DNA from: Octopus sinensis
Taxonomy: Eukaryota
Direction: 5' to 3'
Length of the DNA stretch: 64,000 nucleotides
Assembly (NCBI RefSeq): GCF_006345805.1
Contig: NC_043002.1
Coordinates: 113,336,001-113,400,000 of the forward strand
The translations under genes were made by a program, and so were the position numbers. Position 1 is the first letter of the stretch. Each line of letters opens with the position of its first letter. Of the stretch, positions 23,585 to 36,808 are shown in pieces. The notes under the pieces are model-generated. The model worked only from the letters and a program-made list of their open reading frames with translations, searched no databases and had not been told where the DNA came from.

Positions 23585-24460
23585 AGCCAACACATAGATA
23601 CTTGCGCCAACAAAAAAACACCAAACTTCAGGATTTTCCCCCTCTACCAATTTAGGGACGATACAACCTCGAGACAACGAATAAGTAAAGAAAATCTCTT
23701 TATTACAAAATACAGGCCACTTCTTAACGGGTCTACGACAAACAATTAATATACCTCAACTTTAGAATAAAAGAAATATATACACACACAAATATTACAT
23801 TCCATAGAATCCATTACTAATCAGCCCCATCACAGCTATACTTTCACCCATTCATATTCTCCCTTCTCTGTTTTTTTCTTCTTCTTCTTCTTCTTCTTCA
23901 TCATCATCATTATCATCATCATCGTCGTCATCATCATCACCACCATCATCATCATCATCCTCTCCTTCTCCTTCTTCTTCTTCTTCTTCTTCTTCATCAT
24001 CATCATCATCAACATCGTCATCTTCTCCTTCTTCTACTTCTCCACCTTCTACCCCTTAACCTTGTCACTAATGCCTTTCAGTATAACGCCTACGCAAATT
24101 CCATAAACAATTCCTGAATTGAACTGCCACTGCTGTCCGCCACTGACCATTCAAAATACTACCATCAAGGCATTCCCAGATTTCCCACCCCCTCTCCACA
24201 TCAGCCTTCTGCTTCTACCCTACCAAGAACTCACAACGACCTCCAACACACAAGTGCAAACAAGGGAGTCAGAGAAAGGCAGAATGCCACTTATATCTGA
24301 ACACTACAATAGAAATATTCTTTTAAAAAAACTTTTCTTCTAATTTTTCTAAATTTAATTATTTAATCGTTACAGTTGAAAAGGTCTCAAAATGACCGAA
24401 ACCGGTACTGAAAGATTCACTATAAAATTATCTTAGCATTTTCTATTTTTGACTTGTTTT
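23585..24460 (+). mobile_element. Penelope-like element 3' fragment: GIY-YIG C-terminus, (CTT)n(CAT)n tract, pLTR
   Basis: SQHIDTCANKKTPNFRIFPLYQFRDDTTSRQRISKENLFITKYRPLLN, homologous to 2373-2600. Confidence 0.8.
24364..24418 (+). ncRNA. Type I hammerhead ribozyme motif, U3-A8 core, GUA site
   Basis: Stem I cag/ctg extended (aatc-g-tt-a-cag / ctg-a-aa-gatt); core TTGAAAA 24376-82; stem II ggtc-tcaaaat-gacc; GAA; stem III accggt; A17 at 24407. Confidence 0.72.
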
Positions 24461-24502
24461 TTCATATATATATATATATATATTTATACATATATATATG
24501 TG

Positions 24503-24543
<41 letters not shown>

Positions 24544-25194
24544 ATATACATATATATGTGTATAGTTATATATATATATATATTTATTTATACAGTTGCG
24601 GCTAAAATGTTCAGAACAGCATTGTTTTCGTCAGAAAAGTAGGTATAAGTTTTTATCAAAGTTGTTTTATGTTCTATAATTTTCACAGACAATAAATACG
24701 ATGTTAATTGTTATTGTCTGAGATTTTGGTGTAAATTGAGAGTCAAAACTTTTATTTAAATCGCCAAAATACACTTATAATAACTACAGAAATCAACTGT
24801 CCGAAGACAAACGGGCTAAGACAATCTTTCAGCATACATTCAAGTATTTGGACTCACGTGGACCGGTTTCTGGACTAGCATAATAGTTTAGCCTTCTTCA
24901 GCACGTGTTACCATGACAGGAAGCCCCAACTCGTCGTGATGAAGTCAGGGTTGCAACTGATTCGTTTTGCGCAGAAATCATGGCGGTTATGGCAGCCATC
25001 AGTGTGAAAATAATTTCAATATGGAGAAAATAATTCACAAAAAAATAATTTGCGAAGATACCATCTGTGCAACAAATTAGAAATGATAATAACAGAATCT
25101 TGCCTGACAGGATCGTGGGTCTGGCACAGTTTCATGCTATTTGGCTCAACCTCAACCGCGCGTACCTGCACAGTGGTGTGATAGCTAAGATCCT

Positions 25195-25584
25195 TGGAGG
25201 CGCAATGGCCCAGTGGTTAGGGCAGCGGACTCGCGGTCATAGGATCGCGGTTTCGATTCCCAGACCGGGCGTTGTGAGTGTTTATTGAGTGAAAACACCT
25301 AAACGCTCCACGAGGCTCCGTCAGGGGATGGTGGTGATCCCTGCTGTACTCTTTCACCACAACTTTCTCTCACTCTTACTTCCTGTTTCTGTTGTACCTG
25401 TATTTCAAGGGGCCGGCCTTGTCACTCTCTGTGTCACGCTGAATATCCCCGAGAACTACGTTAAGGGTGCACGTGTCTGTGGAGTGCTCAGCCAGTTACA
25501 CGTTAAGTTCACGAGCAGGCTGTTCCGTTGATTCGGATCAACCGGAACCCTCATCGTCGTAACCGACGGAGTGCTTCCATCCAT
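25195..25584 (+). mobile_element. SINE-A, full length
   Basis: TSD ctaagatcc at 25185-25193 and 25585-25593. Confidence 0.92.
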
Positions 25585-25614
25585 CTAAGATCCGCTTCTG
25601 CCAGCAGTTTCAGT

Positions 25615-25750
25615 AATTTGACTGTAGCCATGCTGGACTACCACCTTTAGTCGAATAAATCCACCCTGGGTCTTATTCTGTGTAAGCCTAGTACTTATTC
25701 TATCGTCTTTTTTTTTGCCGAACCCCTATGTTACGGGGACGTGGACATAC
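25615..25750 (-). mobile_element. SINE-C 3' fragment
   Basis: ttgactgtagccatgctgg...gttacggggacgt. Confidence 0.75.
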
Positions 25751-25984
25751 CACATTTCCAGCAAGTAGACATACTTAGTATATCCTTTGATTAATTTTAA
25801 TCCTTCAGTAATTTGATACTTTTGTGGGGAGCCTGCAATCGCTTATATTATTGATTCTGTTATTATAATTTTTAAATTGTTACACTAGATAATAACAAAG
25901 TTAATGGCATCTTCGCAAATTAGTTTTTCGTGAATTATTTGCTCCGTATATTAATTATATATATATGTATGTATATATATATAT

Positions 25985-26018
<34 letters not shown>

Positions 26019-26025
26019 ATATATA

Positions 26026-26135
26026 TGACCACGTGACCGACCAGACCATCATATGTTGCTACACATCGCTGGTCACAATGCGTTCGCATTGTTTTAGCCT
26101 TCGAATGACGCCACCCCGCAGGCTAAGCGAGCAGG

Positions 26136-26139
<4 letters not shown>
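26026..26139 (-). mobile_element. Solo 3' tail of SINE-A' variant
   Basis: Matches the tail at 63631-63725. Confidence 0.7.
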
Positions 26140-26211
<72 letters not shown>

Positions 26212-26289
26212 GAGAGAGAGAAGCATAAGTAGGAGGGGTATGTTGCTAACACAGCTAAGTTGTAGTTTAAGCTTGTTTCGTAATGAAAT

Positions 26290-26740
26290 TTATTATATAG
26301 ACTTTATGTAATGGGCAAACGATGAATAACATTTGTGCTTACTTGAAAGGGTTACATCTGAGAATCTATTGAGTAATGAGGGGCTGAGGAGGATAAGGAT
26401 TGCGAGCTATTCCCCTAAACACAATTTACATATTCTGAGATTAGTGATGTGCGGAAAGCATCGCAGATAATGGACCAGGATAGGGTGTATGGAATATTTT
26501 GGGACCTCATGTTGTATATGTAAGTCGCTTGAAAGTGACATAGTTTAGGGGTTCGATTGGAGAAAGAATTCGTATGTGTTCAGTAGCAACGCTTGAAATC
26601 GACTGTGCCGCCAGTGTAGATCTTTTGCCTGGTGGAAGCGTGGTGTTACAACCCGGCATTTATAGACTCCATTATTGCAGAGACAGAAACCTCCGAGTGG
26701 ACAGAGTTACAGCTTTAACTACTAGCGCTGGTGTTGGAAT
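26290..26740 (-). pseudogene. Penelope-type GIY-YIG endonuclease remnant (third family)
   Basis: VYKCRV...KIYTGGTVDFKR...HTNSF...YNMRSQNIPYTLSWSII...CKLCLGE...LLN...KHK, with stops and frameshifts. Confidence 0.8.
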
Positions 26741-26819
26741 TGATCCGTGCAGGTCTAGTCGTATGGTCAGTTACCACAGGTAACAGCCGTGACTCCCTCT
26801 CTCACACTGAACGGCCTAC

Positions 26820-27130
26820 TCTTTCCTTCCACCTACTTCTGTTTGCCTTATACATCACCCATTCTGCCCTTAAATTCCCTGCATTATGATCTGAAATGTT
26901 AGATGTCAATCTTTACAACCTGAAGACGGAGGCCAGATTTACAACAATGTTTATATGCATCCATTACTGGTTGCATATCCTTGAATTTTTGCACACTCCG
27001 TCTGCCAATACATAACCAATACATAATTCCGATGCTACGAAGAAATTCCTGTCGGATCTGAAATACTATGCCCTCTTCCCTGAATTTTCTGTATCTTTTG
27101 TACTCCATGTTCGGTAAATATATAAATCTC
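26820..27130 (+). mobile_element. pLTR in inverted orientation at the 5' side of the 26290-26740 fragment
   Basis: Homologous to the minus-strand 3' end of the related element at 60420-60540. Confidence 0.6.
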
Positions 27131-27324
27131 TATTTGCTTATACATGAATGTTCATCTGAATATTTCTAGTTTTTGTCTCCTTCTCTCTATATATATCTCT
27201 ATATACATTTACATGTATGTATGTATATTTTATATATGAAGTCCAAACCTGTTTGTTTATTTATTTCCATCATTATCCCCAAATCACACATACACACGCA
27301 CACACACACACATACACACACACA

Positions 27325-27606
27325 GCTGTTATTCACTCCTGCTCCAGAGCGTCGGCTGCGGGGTCATTCCGAAAAGCTCTATCTGCGGCGATTTCATCTC
27401 AATCGAAGGAGAGGGGCTTTCTCCATCCGGGTTGCGAATCTGTGGAATAAGCTGCCAGACGAGATGGTGAAGATGCCGACGACCGCTCTGTTCAAAGTCT
27501 CTCTTGACCAGAAATAGCCTGAACTCTTTACATGAACACCACCCTGTACATAACTCCATGTCCACCTACATGGCCTTGCTTTTTGAGCCAAAAAATTAAC
27601 TAACTA

Positions 27607-27608
<2 letters not shown>
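27325..27608 (+). mobile_element. CR1-clade LINE 3' end
   Basis: RLRGHSEKLY...RRGAFSIRVANLWNKLPDEMV...FKVSLD, typical CR1 ORF2 C-terminus; short UTR and (ACTA)n tail. Confidence 0.85.
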
Positions 27609-27645
<37 letters not shown>

Positions 27646-27803
27646 ATAGTATCAACCACACTGTCGGATACAAGTGCAAGAGGGTGACTTTGTATTGTTC
27701 GATCTTAATTTCAGAGCAGTTTACCCTCATTCTACCTTAAATTTTGCACCGTTTCCCCACTTTCCGATATGTGTTAAGGTCCATGTCAATATAAGGAAGA
27801 AGA

Positions 27804-27871
<68 letters not shown>

Positions 27872-28183
27872 CAGCAGCTTAAGGTCTGCAGGGCAGACAT
27901 CGTCGTAGCATATTTAGCTAAAAATAACATAATATATACTTGTTTGTTGTAGTGACGTAAATGCAAACAACTTCATTGTTTCACTGGAATGCAGCAATTA
28001 TTTTCTCTATGTTCTATATTCAAAATAATTTACTGACAACCCCTATCAGAAAATATTTATTGTACATTTATAAAACCTTCTTTGTCTTTGTCACATTCGT
28101 AATATAATATAATATAATATTATTTACATATATATATATATATATATATTGAGTTGCCTAATAGTGGTTTTATCTCTAATTTA

Positions 28184-28238
<55 letters not shown>

Positions 28239-29174
28239 AATACTAATGTCTAACAATGCTGTTCAAAAATGTTCTGTGAGAGATTTAAAGGGAGGAGAGC
28301 CAAAACAAAGTAGCGCATTAATAATAAATTGGTCGACAGATTAAAATTTTGGGAAATTTGACGCTTGGGCGTTATGTATGTATGAATGCATGTATGCATG
28401 CCTCCGAGTATGCATTTTTTCCATATACGTACGAACAAAACTCTAAGTAGATAATCAGCGATTAAGAAATATGAAAATTAAGTAGCAAGATAAATTTGAA
28501 ATTGAGTTGATAGCGTTCTAACCTTGAAGCGTGTTTGTGTTCTTAATGCATGACATCTGACACATTTGTCATATTTTCATTAAATGAGACGCAAATAGCA
28601 GTGGTTTTTTTTCTTTTCTTTTTGTTTTCTGTTTGTGAAGACGATGAGCTGGCAGAATCGTTGCTCTGCCGGGCAAAACGCTTAACTTCATTTCTTCTAA
28701 TTTAATGATCGTAGTTAAAATTCTGCCTCCTATCCTCTCGGGGTCGATAAAATAAGTACCAGTTGCGCACTGAATCTATCTGACCAGCCCCTTTCCCCAT
28801 AATGCCAGGCCCCCGTAATACAAAGCCCCTAAAATTACGTCAGCAAAGTTTCGAACGAATGTTTTAATATATATTTCTGGTTTGATTTTCAAATCCTACC
28901 AAAGTATAAGAAATTATTTTGTTGAGACACTACCGAAGATTTCATCTTAAAATGATATCAACACAAGAATAGTTCTGTGCTGCTTTGTCTAAATTCATGA
29001 GAGGTTTTCTATACAATAAATAAACGAAAGATCCATCAGGGTAAGCAGGGCAGCTTGAATTAGAAGCCTGATTCCAGGATCTAAATTATTTCATTGGTGA
29101 GGATGTGAAGGTTTTTAGTTTTTTTTTTTTGTTTTTTGTTTTTCCTTGTTGCACATAGTAAAATTAATTTCCCC

Positions 29175-29350
29175 TAGGCACAGACGCCGCTCCGTAATAA
29201 GAATCTTGCTTCCCAGTCACACGGTTCTGGGTTCAGTCCCCCTGCATGGCACCTTGGACAAGTGTCTTCTACTATTGCCCTCGCCTGATAAAAGTCTTAT
29301 GAGATGATTCGGTAAACGGAAACTGAAAGAATCCCGTGTTACGTATGATT

Positions 29351-29428
<78 letters not shown>

Positions 29429-29650
29429 GAGGGAGGGGGATTCGTGTTGTATTTGTCCTTACCACCGCTTAACAAGTAGCATTGGTTTGTTTCTGTCCCC
29501 CGTAACTTATCAGTTCGACAAAAAAAAACGATAGAATAAGTACCAAACTTTAAAATAAGTACTTCGGTCGATTTGTTCGACAGAAACCTTTCAATACAGT
29601 GCCCCAACATGGCCACAGTCCATTGACAGAAACGAGTAAAACGAAAAAGA
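29175..29650 (+). mobile_element. Diverged SINE-C with internal (GATA)n
   Basis: gggttcagtccc, ccttggacaagtgtcttct, 3' catggccacagtc. Confidence 0.8.
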
Positions 29651-31721
29651 TATTCTCTGTATTCCTTACACGATTTTCGTTGGATCTCCGTAGTTTTGAC
29701 GATGATTATTCAGCTGTTCTATCAACTGAAAATTGCTTGCTCCTAAATTGATATGAAAGTGATTGGGTACTTTAAAACCATGATTGGGTATTTTAAAACC
29801 ATGAGTGCCCTTAACATAATTCTCGGACAAAAATTAGTAAGACACATTATGTAACAAGGCTGTACATTTTGAATTACTCGACTGGATTTTATAGTTTTCG
29901 TTTCCCTAATTCACTCACAAGGTCTGGATCCACCCTAGAAAATGGAATTTGCCTCAATGGGAGCAAACTCAGGGATCCCGTGGATGCAAAACGAATCATT
30001 CAGCCATTCTGCACCTACATTCTTAAATTGTCAAAATCACTAAGGAAGAGTTAGTTTGGGAATAACGTTCAAGTAATTTCGCTTTTGCTATGAATGTAAT
30101 CATTTCTTTTATTACAGCCGAGGCGTCATTTTTAAATCTAGCATACCAATGTCACAAAGCCATTTATTTTTCTTTTTAGTTATTTTGCTTCTTACATTGG
30201 CGTAGGTGACTCGTCGCGCCTAATCTATGACTGGGAGATGACAGAAAAGGACCGTAGAATGATGTTTTTAACTGTTAAATGTATGGTTGTTACACCAATG
30301 TCATTTCGAATTAATCAACTACGAATTTCCTATTGTAAATGACAGCGTTGAAAAAAGTCTAAGCGATTTTAATTCATTCTAGAGTTTACATCGGAAATTC
30401 TGCGTCGTAATTAGTTACATTGTAGAAGTTTAGTATATGTGACTATGGATGATGTGATTAAATTCAGGGTTACGACTACAGATTACTCAAACACGTGAAG
30501 GGTGAGCAATGTTCAACTGATTTTCTAGCGATTTTCTCAAGACTTTCGTTCAAGAAATACAGATACAGAATTAGAATGTTCTCTTCGTGGGAAAAACATT
30601 TCTAATTTGGAATTCCTACAGGGTGTGATTTGGTTTGGTGTTGAAAACGTTTCCTCGTCGAAAGATAAAAGCGAGTTAGTTTCATTGAAAGCAGTGCATT
30701 TCTCTTTTTCTTTTCAGTTGTCAGTGTATGACTCCCTCCTACCACATCTTCCCCTCTCTTGAGACAGACCAACTGGATATGGAATTTTGGGAAGCGAGAA
30801 GGGATGTTAAGATACAAATGAAGTCATGAAGGAAACTGAGATCACTTTGTTATTATTGCCAAAGATAATAACATATTGAATGTTAAAGGGGTTCAAAATG
30901 AAAAAGAATTTTTCAAATCCGAATGTCACAATAGACCATGTCAGATGGGATTTAATGTTTTGCAGAGATGTTAATATATTATTTTACTGTCAAAATGTCT
31001 CAACATTGCGACGGATAAGATTTTGGTATGATTTAGCTTTGGGGCGGGGAGACATGGGGAAGTCATATTAAGGTTAATTGAAAACTGGTGAACGGAAAAG
31101 AAGAGGAAGAGGGGAAAAGGGCTGAACATGGGTAATAAATATGATGGTTAATAGTCTGTAGAGAGGAAAAGTTATCAAATAAACTGTAAAGGAATAAAAC
31201 TGTTGATTGTCAAATATAGATTGGCTTTTTTGTGCCGGTTATAGCGACGATTTAGATGACTATGTAATGTGGCCTTATTAAAAATATTACAGAGCTGTTT
31301 GTGATTGTTTGAGAATGTGTCATAGATGCATGTATAGCTAAACAAAAGAAATTTAACCTTATAATTGTTTTGAAACGAATCAACTTCAAGAACATTATTG
31401 AAGCTGTTGGTGGAAAGCTTCGTTGAGGGCAGTGAGGAAATACTTAATCGCACAATCATCTATCTGCGTTCATGTCGAGGTTGTTCTAAACGAAAAAACA
31501 AACTCTACTGGTCTTTGTGACGGTGTTTACCTCCACTTTCTTTTGCTTTTTGGCGTTAAGTGGATGAGAGATAGTTCTCCTCCAGTGCAGGATAACAATC
31601 CTATCGCGATTAACTTTGCCTATGGGAAGACTTCACCTCAACACACGCCAGTTTTACTGAGTCGCCAGTATGTTACACAAACACACACACACACACACAC
31701 ACAAGCACATATGCACACAAA

Positions 31722-32830
31722 CATGTTCCCTTTATCCACGTAAATGAATAATGCTAAGAGAGGGTATAAGATCTTTGGCCAGAAAATTAATCATCTACTC
31801 TATATGGATGATCTAAAACTGTTTACCCAAAACGACAAAGAATTAGAAGAGCTCCTGAATATTGTCAAAGAATTCAGCTCTGATATAGGTATGGAATTTG
31901 GACATGATAAATATGCAAAGGCTTCTTTCAAGGCAAGGAAATTGATACTACCACAGCTATTCGAAACCTAGACCAATCCGAAGTATACAAATATCTGGGA
32001 GCCAATGAAGGTGATGGTATCCAGCACTCTAAAATGAAAGAGAAAATCCACAAAGAATGCTACCGAAGGGTAAGAATGGTCCTAAACTCAGAATTAAATC
32101 CTGCTAACAGAATTAATGGGATCAATTCTTTAGCCATACCAATAAGTGATATAGCTTCGGTATTATTAAGTGGAGTCTCACTGACATGCAGAATACGGAC
32201 GAAAAGATCCGTAACACCTTTACAAGGTACTGAGTGCACCATCCAGATGTAGACAGGATTTACCTCATAAGACATGACAGACTAGGGCATTCCATCCACT
32301 GGAATGCTTGTAAATACTACAAAATTAAATCCTATGATAAGTGGTACAGGCACCATCCAGATGATGTAGTAAATGGCGAGGGCGTCACTATCCTTTGGAA
32401 GTTACCAATACAAACAGACAGAAAAATTGACTCCAATCGACCAGACATTGTGATCAGGGACTACAACAGAGTAACTTGTCTGTTAATAGATATGTCTGTC
32501 CCACAAGATCAAAATGTCTCAAGAAAGGAATGCGAAAAGTTTTCTCACTATAAAGATCTGTAAACTGAAGTCACAAAAATATGGAAGCTTAGTACTACGA
32601 TAATACCAGTAGAAGGGGGCTGAGAAGTATATTAAGCAACTCTTTGGTGACGCCAATCTCCGTGGAATACAAAAGATAACCTTGATGGATACAGCCCATA
32701 TACTACGGAAAGCATTGTCCATCTAAAATGGAATAAACATGGTGATAATTTTAGCATGCATAGCAAAACAAAAGTGCCCTTGCTACTTTTGGTCTCCGGA
32801 GGATGCCTGGTATTAAGGCAACTGAAATGA
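31722..32830 (+). mobile_element. R4/Dong-type (RLE) LINE 3' part: RT domains 5-7, restriction-like endonuclease, 3' UTR
   Basis: INHLLYMDDLKLF, DIGMEFG, RHD...HW, NRPDIVIRD...LIDMSVP...KYKDL; internal deletions and stops. Confidence 0.85.
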
Positions 32831-34012
32831 GATTACAATGAAAGGAAAGCATAAATGACAAACGAGGAAAGCATAAATGACAAACGAAGCCGCAGTTAAA
32901 GAAGATAATACAGAGGAAATAATTATAGACCAGCCCAGGGCTGATAAAAACGCAATAAGGATTGAAAGAGTTAGTATAACTGATAGGCAAAGTGAAATAC
33001 TCACTGAACCAATCATAAACACTAAGACAAATGAACATCAAATAGAAGAAAGTCACACAAATATTAACCCAAATGAACTACGTGAACTAAAGAATCAAAT
33101 CAATATTGAATGGCTGGAACTTAAAGAAACCAATATGTATGAACGCGATACACTCCCTAGAATCCGCAACTCTAACCAAAACATGAAAATAATTGGTAAA
33201 ATCCGCCTTGCACTTAAGGATATAATTTCAGCTAATGATGTTAACATCACAGATCTCAACCACCTTTACTATGCATCCGCGAAAATCTCAACGATTCTAT
33301 GTGGTGAAAAGATTAGAAAACGGCAACATTCCTACAAAAAGCCTTCTTGGCAAGAGCGTATCCAATATAAAATTAAACTACTTAGATCTGACATTGAATG
33401 TTTGAAAAATCTTAAGGTTGACAAGACTACCAAACCTACAAAAACCCCAAAATTAAAGAAAAGAATATATGAAAACTATACTTGATATTGATGCCCCCAG
33501 AGAAACCATCAAGCAAAAGGTATCTGCTAAAGCTGCCCGCATAGCGATGTATGAAAAGCGTGTTAGATTCTTCAAGGACAACATGTTAAAAAATACCCCC
33601 AAAAGTTTTTACAGGAAGATAGGGAAAACACCAGTTACTGTAAAGTCTGTACCATCAAAAGACGAAGTGCACGGTTTTTGGAATAAAATTTGGGCAGAAG
33701 AAAAAACACACAACGAAAAGGCCCCTTGGATTGATAGAATAGCTACGGACTTGTACTCCTTAGAGGAGCAAAAGTGGGAGGGTGTCGAGGTAGAAGATGT
33801 AAGATCTGCTCTCAGGAGGTCAAGCAAATGGAAGTCTCCAGGAAAGGATAAAATTCCTAACTTCTGGTTGAATGCCTTCCCAGAGGGCAATGAACTGCTA
33901 ACAGAACTTTACAATGTTGTTTTGCAACACCCTAGTAGGATGCCTGCTTGGCTAGTTAATGGTTTAACATTCTTGCTCCCAAAAAGTGAAGAAACACATG
34001 AACCAAAAAATA
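32831..34012 (+). mobile_element. R4/Dong-type LINE 5' part: N-terminal region to start of RT
   Basis: KKPSWQERI...KLLRSDI, FWNKIW, WKSPGKDKIPNFWL, PAWLVNGLTFLLPK...PKN; stops just before YRPI. Confidence 0.85.
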
Positions 34013-34102
34013 TAATCTTCAAAGTGACACACAGTCACTGATCTAATAAATAGAAAAATTATTATTTCTAAATCTCTCAACGAGAGACATTCAGTAACAG
34101 TA

Positions 34103-34499
34103 CCCCCAAAGTAAAGATTATTTACCAACATAATGTGGTAGTCCCGGTTGGGACGAATGCTACTGCTATTTAGCCCCAGGAAGCATCGTCTCTAGCTGGC
34201 ATTACGACACACTATCTGTGTGTCACTTTCAAAATTATATGTATGTTCGAACAGGAATTTAGCAGCGCCATCTCTAGCCTAGCAGTTATTTTGTGCTGAG
34301 AAAAGGAAATAACCTAGAAACCGCAGTATGGAAATATTGCTTTATGCTGAGTGGGGATGTTAAACTCCCCTGTTCGAAACAGAGATAGTGTGTCATATAA
34401 CCAGCTGGGGACGATGTCTCCTGGGGCTAAATAACAGTAACATTCGTCCCAACCGGTAATGCCACATTATGTTGGCAAATAATAATATTTACTTTAAAG
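34103..34499. mobile_element. MITE with about 110-bp imperfect TIRs and TA TSD, related to 20865-21288
   Basis: ccaacataatgtgg...ccggttgggacgaatg...tttagccccagga inverted at both ends; shared agccccagga..catcgtct.cagctgg. Confidence 0.8.
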
Positions 34500-34504
34500 T
34501 ACTA

Positions 34505-34625
34505 TTGCGGAATATCTCCCGTTGAGAGATGTAGAAGACATGTGCCCAAAGTGCCACGCAGCGTGACTGAACACGGAACTATGGGGTTGGAAAGCAAGCT
34601 TCTTACCGCACATCCACGCCTGCGG
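34505..34625 (-). mobile_element. SINE-C head fragment followed by (ATT)n
   Basis: tgcccaaagtgccacgcag...agcaagcttcttacc. Confidence 0.75.
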
Positions 34626-34626
34626 C

Positions 34627-34677
<51 letters not shown>

Positions 34678-35194
34678 CATTATTATTATTCAAAAGGATT
34701 AACGTAACTCCCCACAAAGGTAAATAGACAATACGAAGAGCGCGATGCGATTACTATAGATATTTTATTGGTTGAACGATATTTCAACAGCTAACCTGTT
34801 TTTGCAGAGTTCAAAATCGAAAGTGATACGTAAAAATTCAAAATTATAGAAATTCAGATCCAAAATTTGAACGAGGCAACCAGCGTTCCCACGTTGATGG
34901 AATGACATCATCAGTCTAGCTTGCTGGTGGAAGTTTATTTCATTGGATAATTGCCATATAGAATGTGTCTTGTGTCTTGGGGTTGTTTTGTTTGATTGTG
35001 TCTTGTGTAGGATTATTTCATTTGTTTCAATCAATTTTAGAAAAAAAATGAAGCATGTCTTTAACAATTCGGGAACGTATTGAACTTATTTTATTTGTGA
35101 CTTTTGTCCTACCCTGTACATATTAAGCGTGCGCTTTTTGAAAACACACGGTATAATTATTAATGCACACGCGCAAACACTCATACACACTCAC

Positions 35195-35237
<43 letters not shown>

Positions 35238-35254
35238 GCATACATAATACATAT

Positions 35255-35288
<34 letters not shown>

Positions 35289-35376
35289 ATCTATCTATAT
35301 ATATATTTATATATATACATATGCGTGTGCGTGCATATCTGTATATGTATATGTGTGTGTTTGTGTGTGTGTATGT

Positions 35377-35408
<32 letters not shown>

Positions 35409-36099
35409 TTATGTATACACATACAAGCATCTCGATAAAATCACAAATATACATTCTCTGAAAGCAAAGTCTCACGCTCTGTTTTAAAAAGTATTTGAGT
35501 ATGATTGTAAATGCGTGTGTGCATCCAAGAAGACGTGAATGTTTATGTACTGTATTGTAATGGCGAGTGATAACGCTTAATTATCGTATTAAATCTATAT
35601 ATGTTACAGATTCTTTGACCCCATGAATTTCGCTATCACAGCAGATTTTCAAATAAAAAAAGGGCACGATTCGGAAAGAGGAGACTATGAGTTGCCCGCT
35701 TCACTTATCTGAAACAGAGTTTACTTGAATAATAAAACAGGGTATAGGATTTCAGTATAAGAGAAAGGGGTCTTTTTTGTTTTTTGCTTTCTTTATTTTG
35801 GTGTTGTTTGTTTATCCAGAAATGTTCTTTAGTTAAAAACGATATAGTCTCTTACAACAGGTTTCCACCTAAGAATAGGATAGAAGTTATGAGTAAAATC
35901 CATATCGGTACTTGCAACGTTTGTTGTGCTACTTCAAAATTGAATGCCACGGATGGGTTTTCAATTTCCATATCTAGAAGTTTTTGTACTTTTAGTTAAA
36001 TGCAATGTCTGAATTCAAACAAAGTCCAACGGAATTATCAAAGAAAAATTATATTTCAACTGAAATAAAATCAGTATATTACTTATATTTATTTTGTAC

Positions 36100-36590
36100 A
36101 AGGCGACGAACTTTCAGAATCTTTAGTATACCGGTCAAAATGTCTACGCCCTAAGTTCAAATTCCGTAGAGGCTTCACCTTTCATCCTTTCGGGGTCGAG
36201 AAAATAAGAGCCAGCTGAGTTCGGGGCTCGATGCTATCAACTTATCTCCTCCCCCGAACTTGCTGGCCTTGTGCCAAAATTCGAAACCAGTATTTATTTT
36301 AACATTATGGAAAATATGAAATACAGAGACAATACTGGAAGAATTGAAACTATTAACATAGAGGGGAGAGTACTGAAAATGTAAAACTACTGGTTTTAAA
36401 TTTTTACACAAGGCCAGCAATTTCAGTGTAGGATAAGTTGATTACATCGACCCTAGTGTTCAACTGGTACTTATTTTAATGTCTCCGAAAGTCGACCCCG
36501 ATGAAATTTGAACTCAGAACGTTCAGACGGACGAAATGCCGTTTGGCATTTTGCTCAGCGTGTTAACGATTCTGCCAGCTTGCCGACTTA
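36100..36590. mobile_element. Oppositely oriented SINE-B pair
   Basis: Plus copy about 36100-36290, minus copy about 36390-36590. Confidence 0.7.
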
Positions 36591-36808
36591 GTAAATTATA
36601 AAGTATTATCTGCAGGATTGTAACGCATTCCTTACTTATGACTGCTTTACAATTCTGTCTAGGGAGGGAGTGGGCATCATATGAACTTTGCAGTTTTCCT
36701 ATCGTGTACATATTTTAAATGAGTGCATGCAACCCCACAGTTCCAGGTTCGGTTTACCAACTAAAGTATGGTAGTTTACAATTAATAATATGTTTTTCCT
36801 ATACCTTT

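Noticed and set aside
29670-29742. Possible minus-strand exon (GASNFQLIEQLNNHRQNYGDPTKI, donor GTAAGG)
   Set aside because: Short, unsupported, and opposite in strand to the better microexon candidate.
30050-30620. Possible mariner-like remnants here, at 34720-35160 and at 430-900
   Set aside because: No clear TIR pair or transposase motif could be read.
32877-34041. 202 aa and 190 aa ORFs as a host gene
   Set aside because: Motifs (WKSPGKD.IPNFWL, GLTFLLPK) identify the N-terminal part of an RLE LINE.
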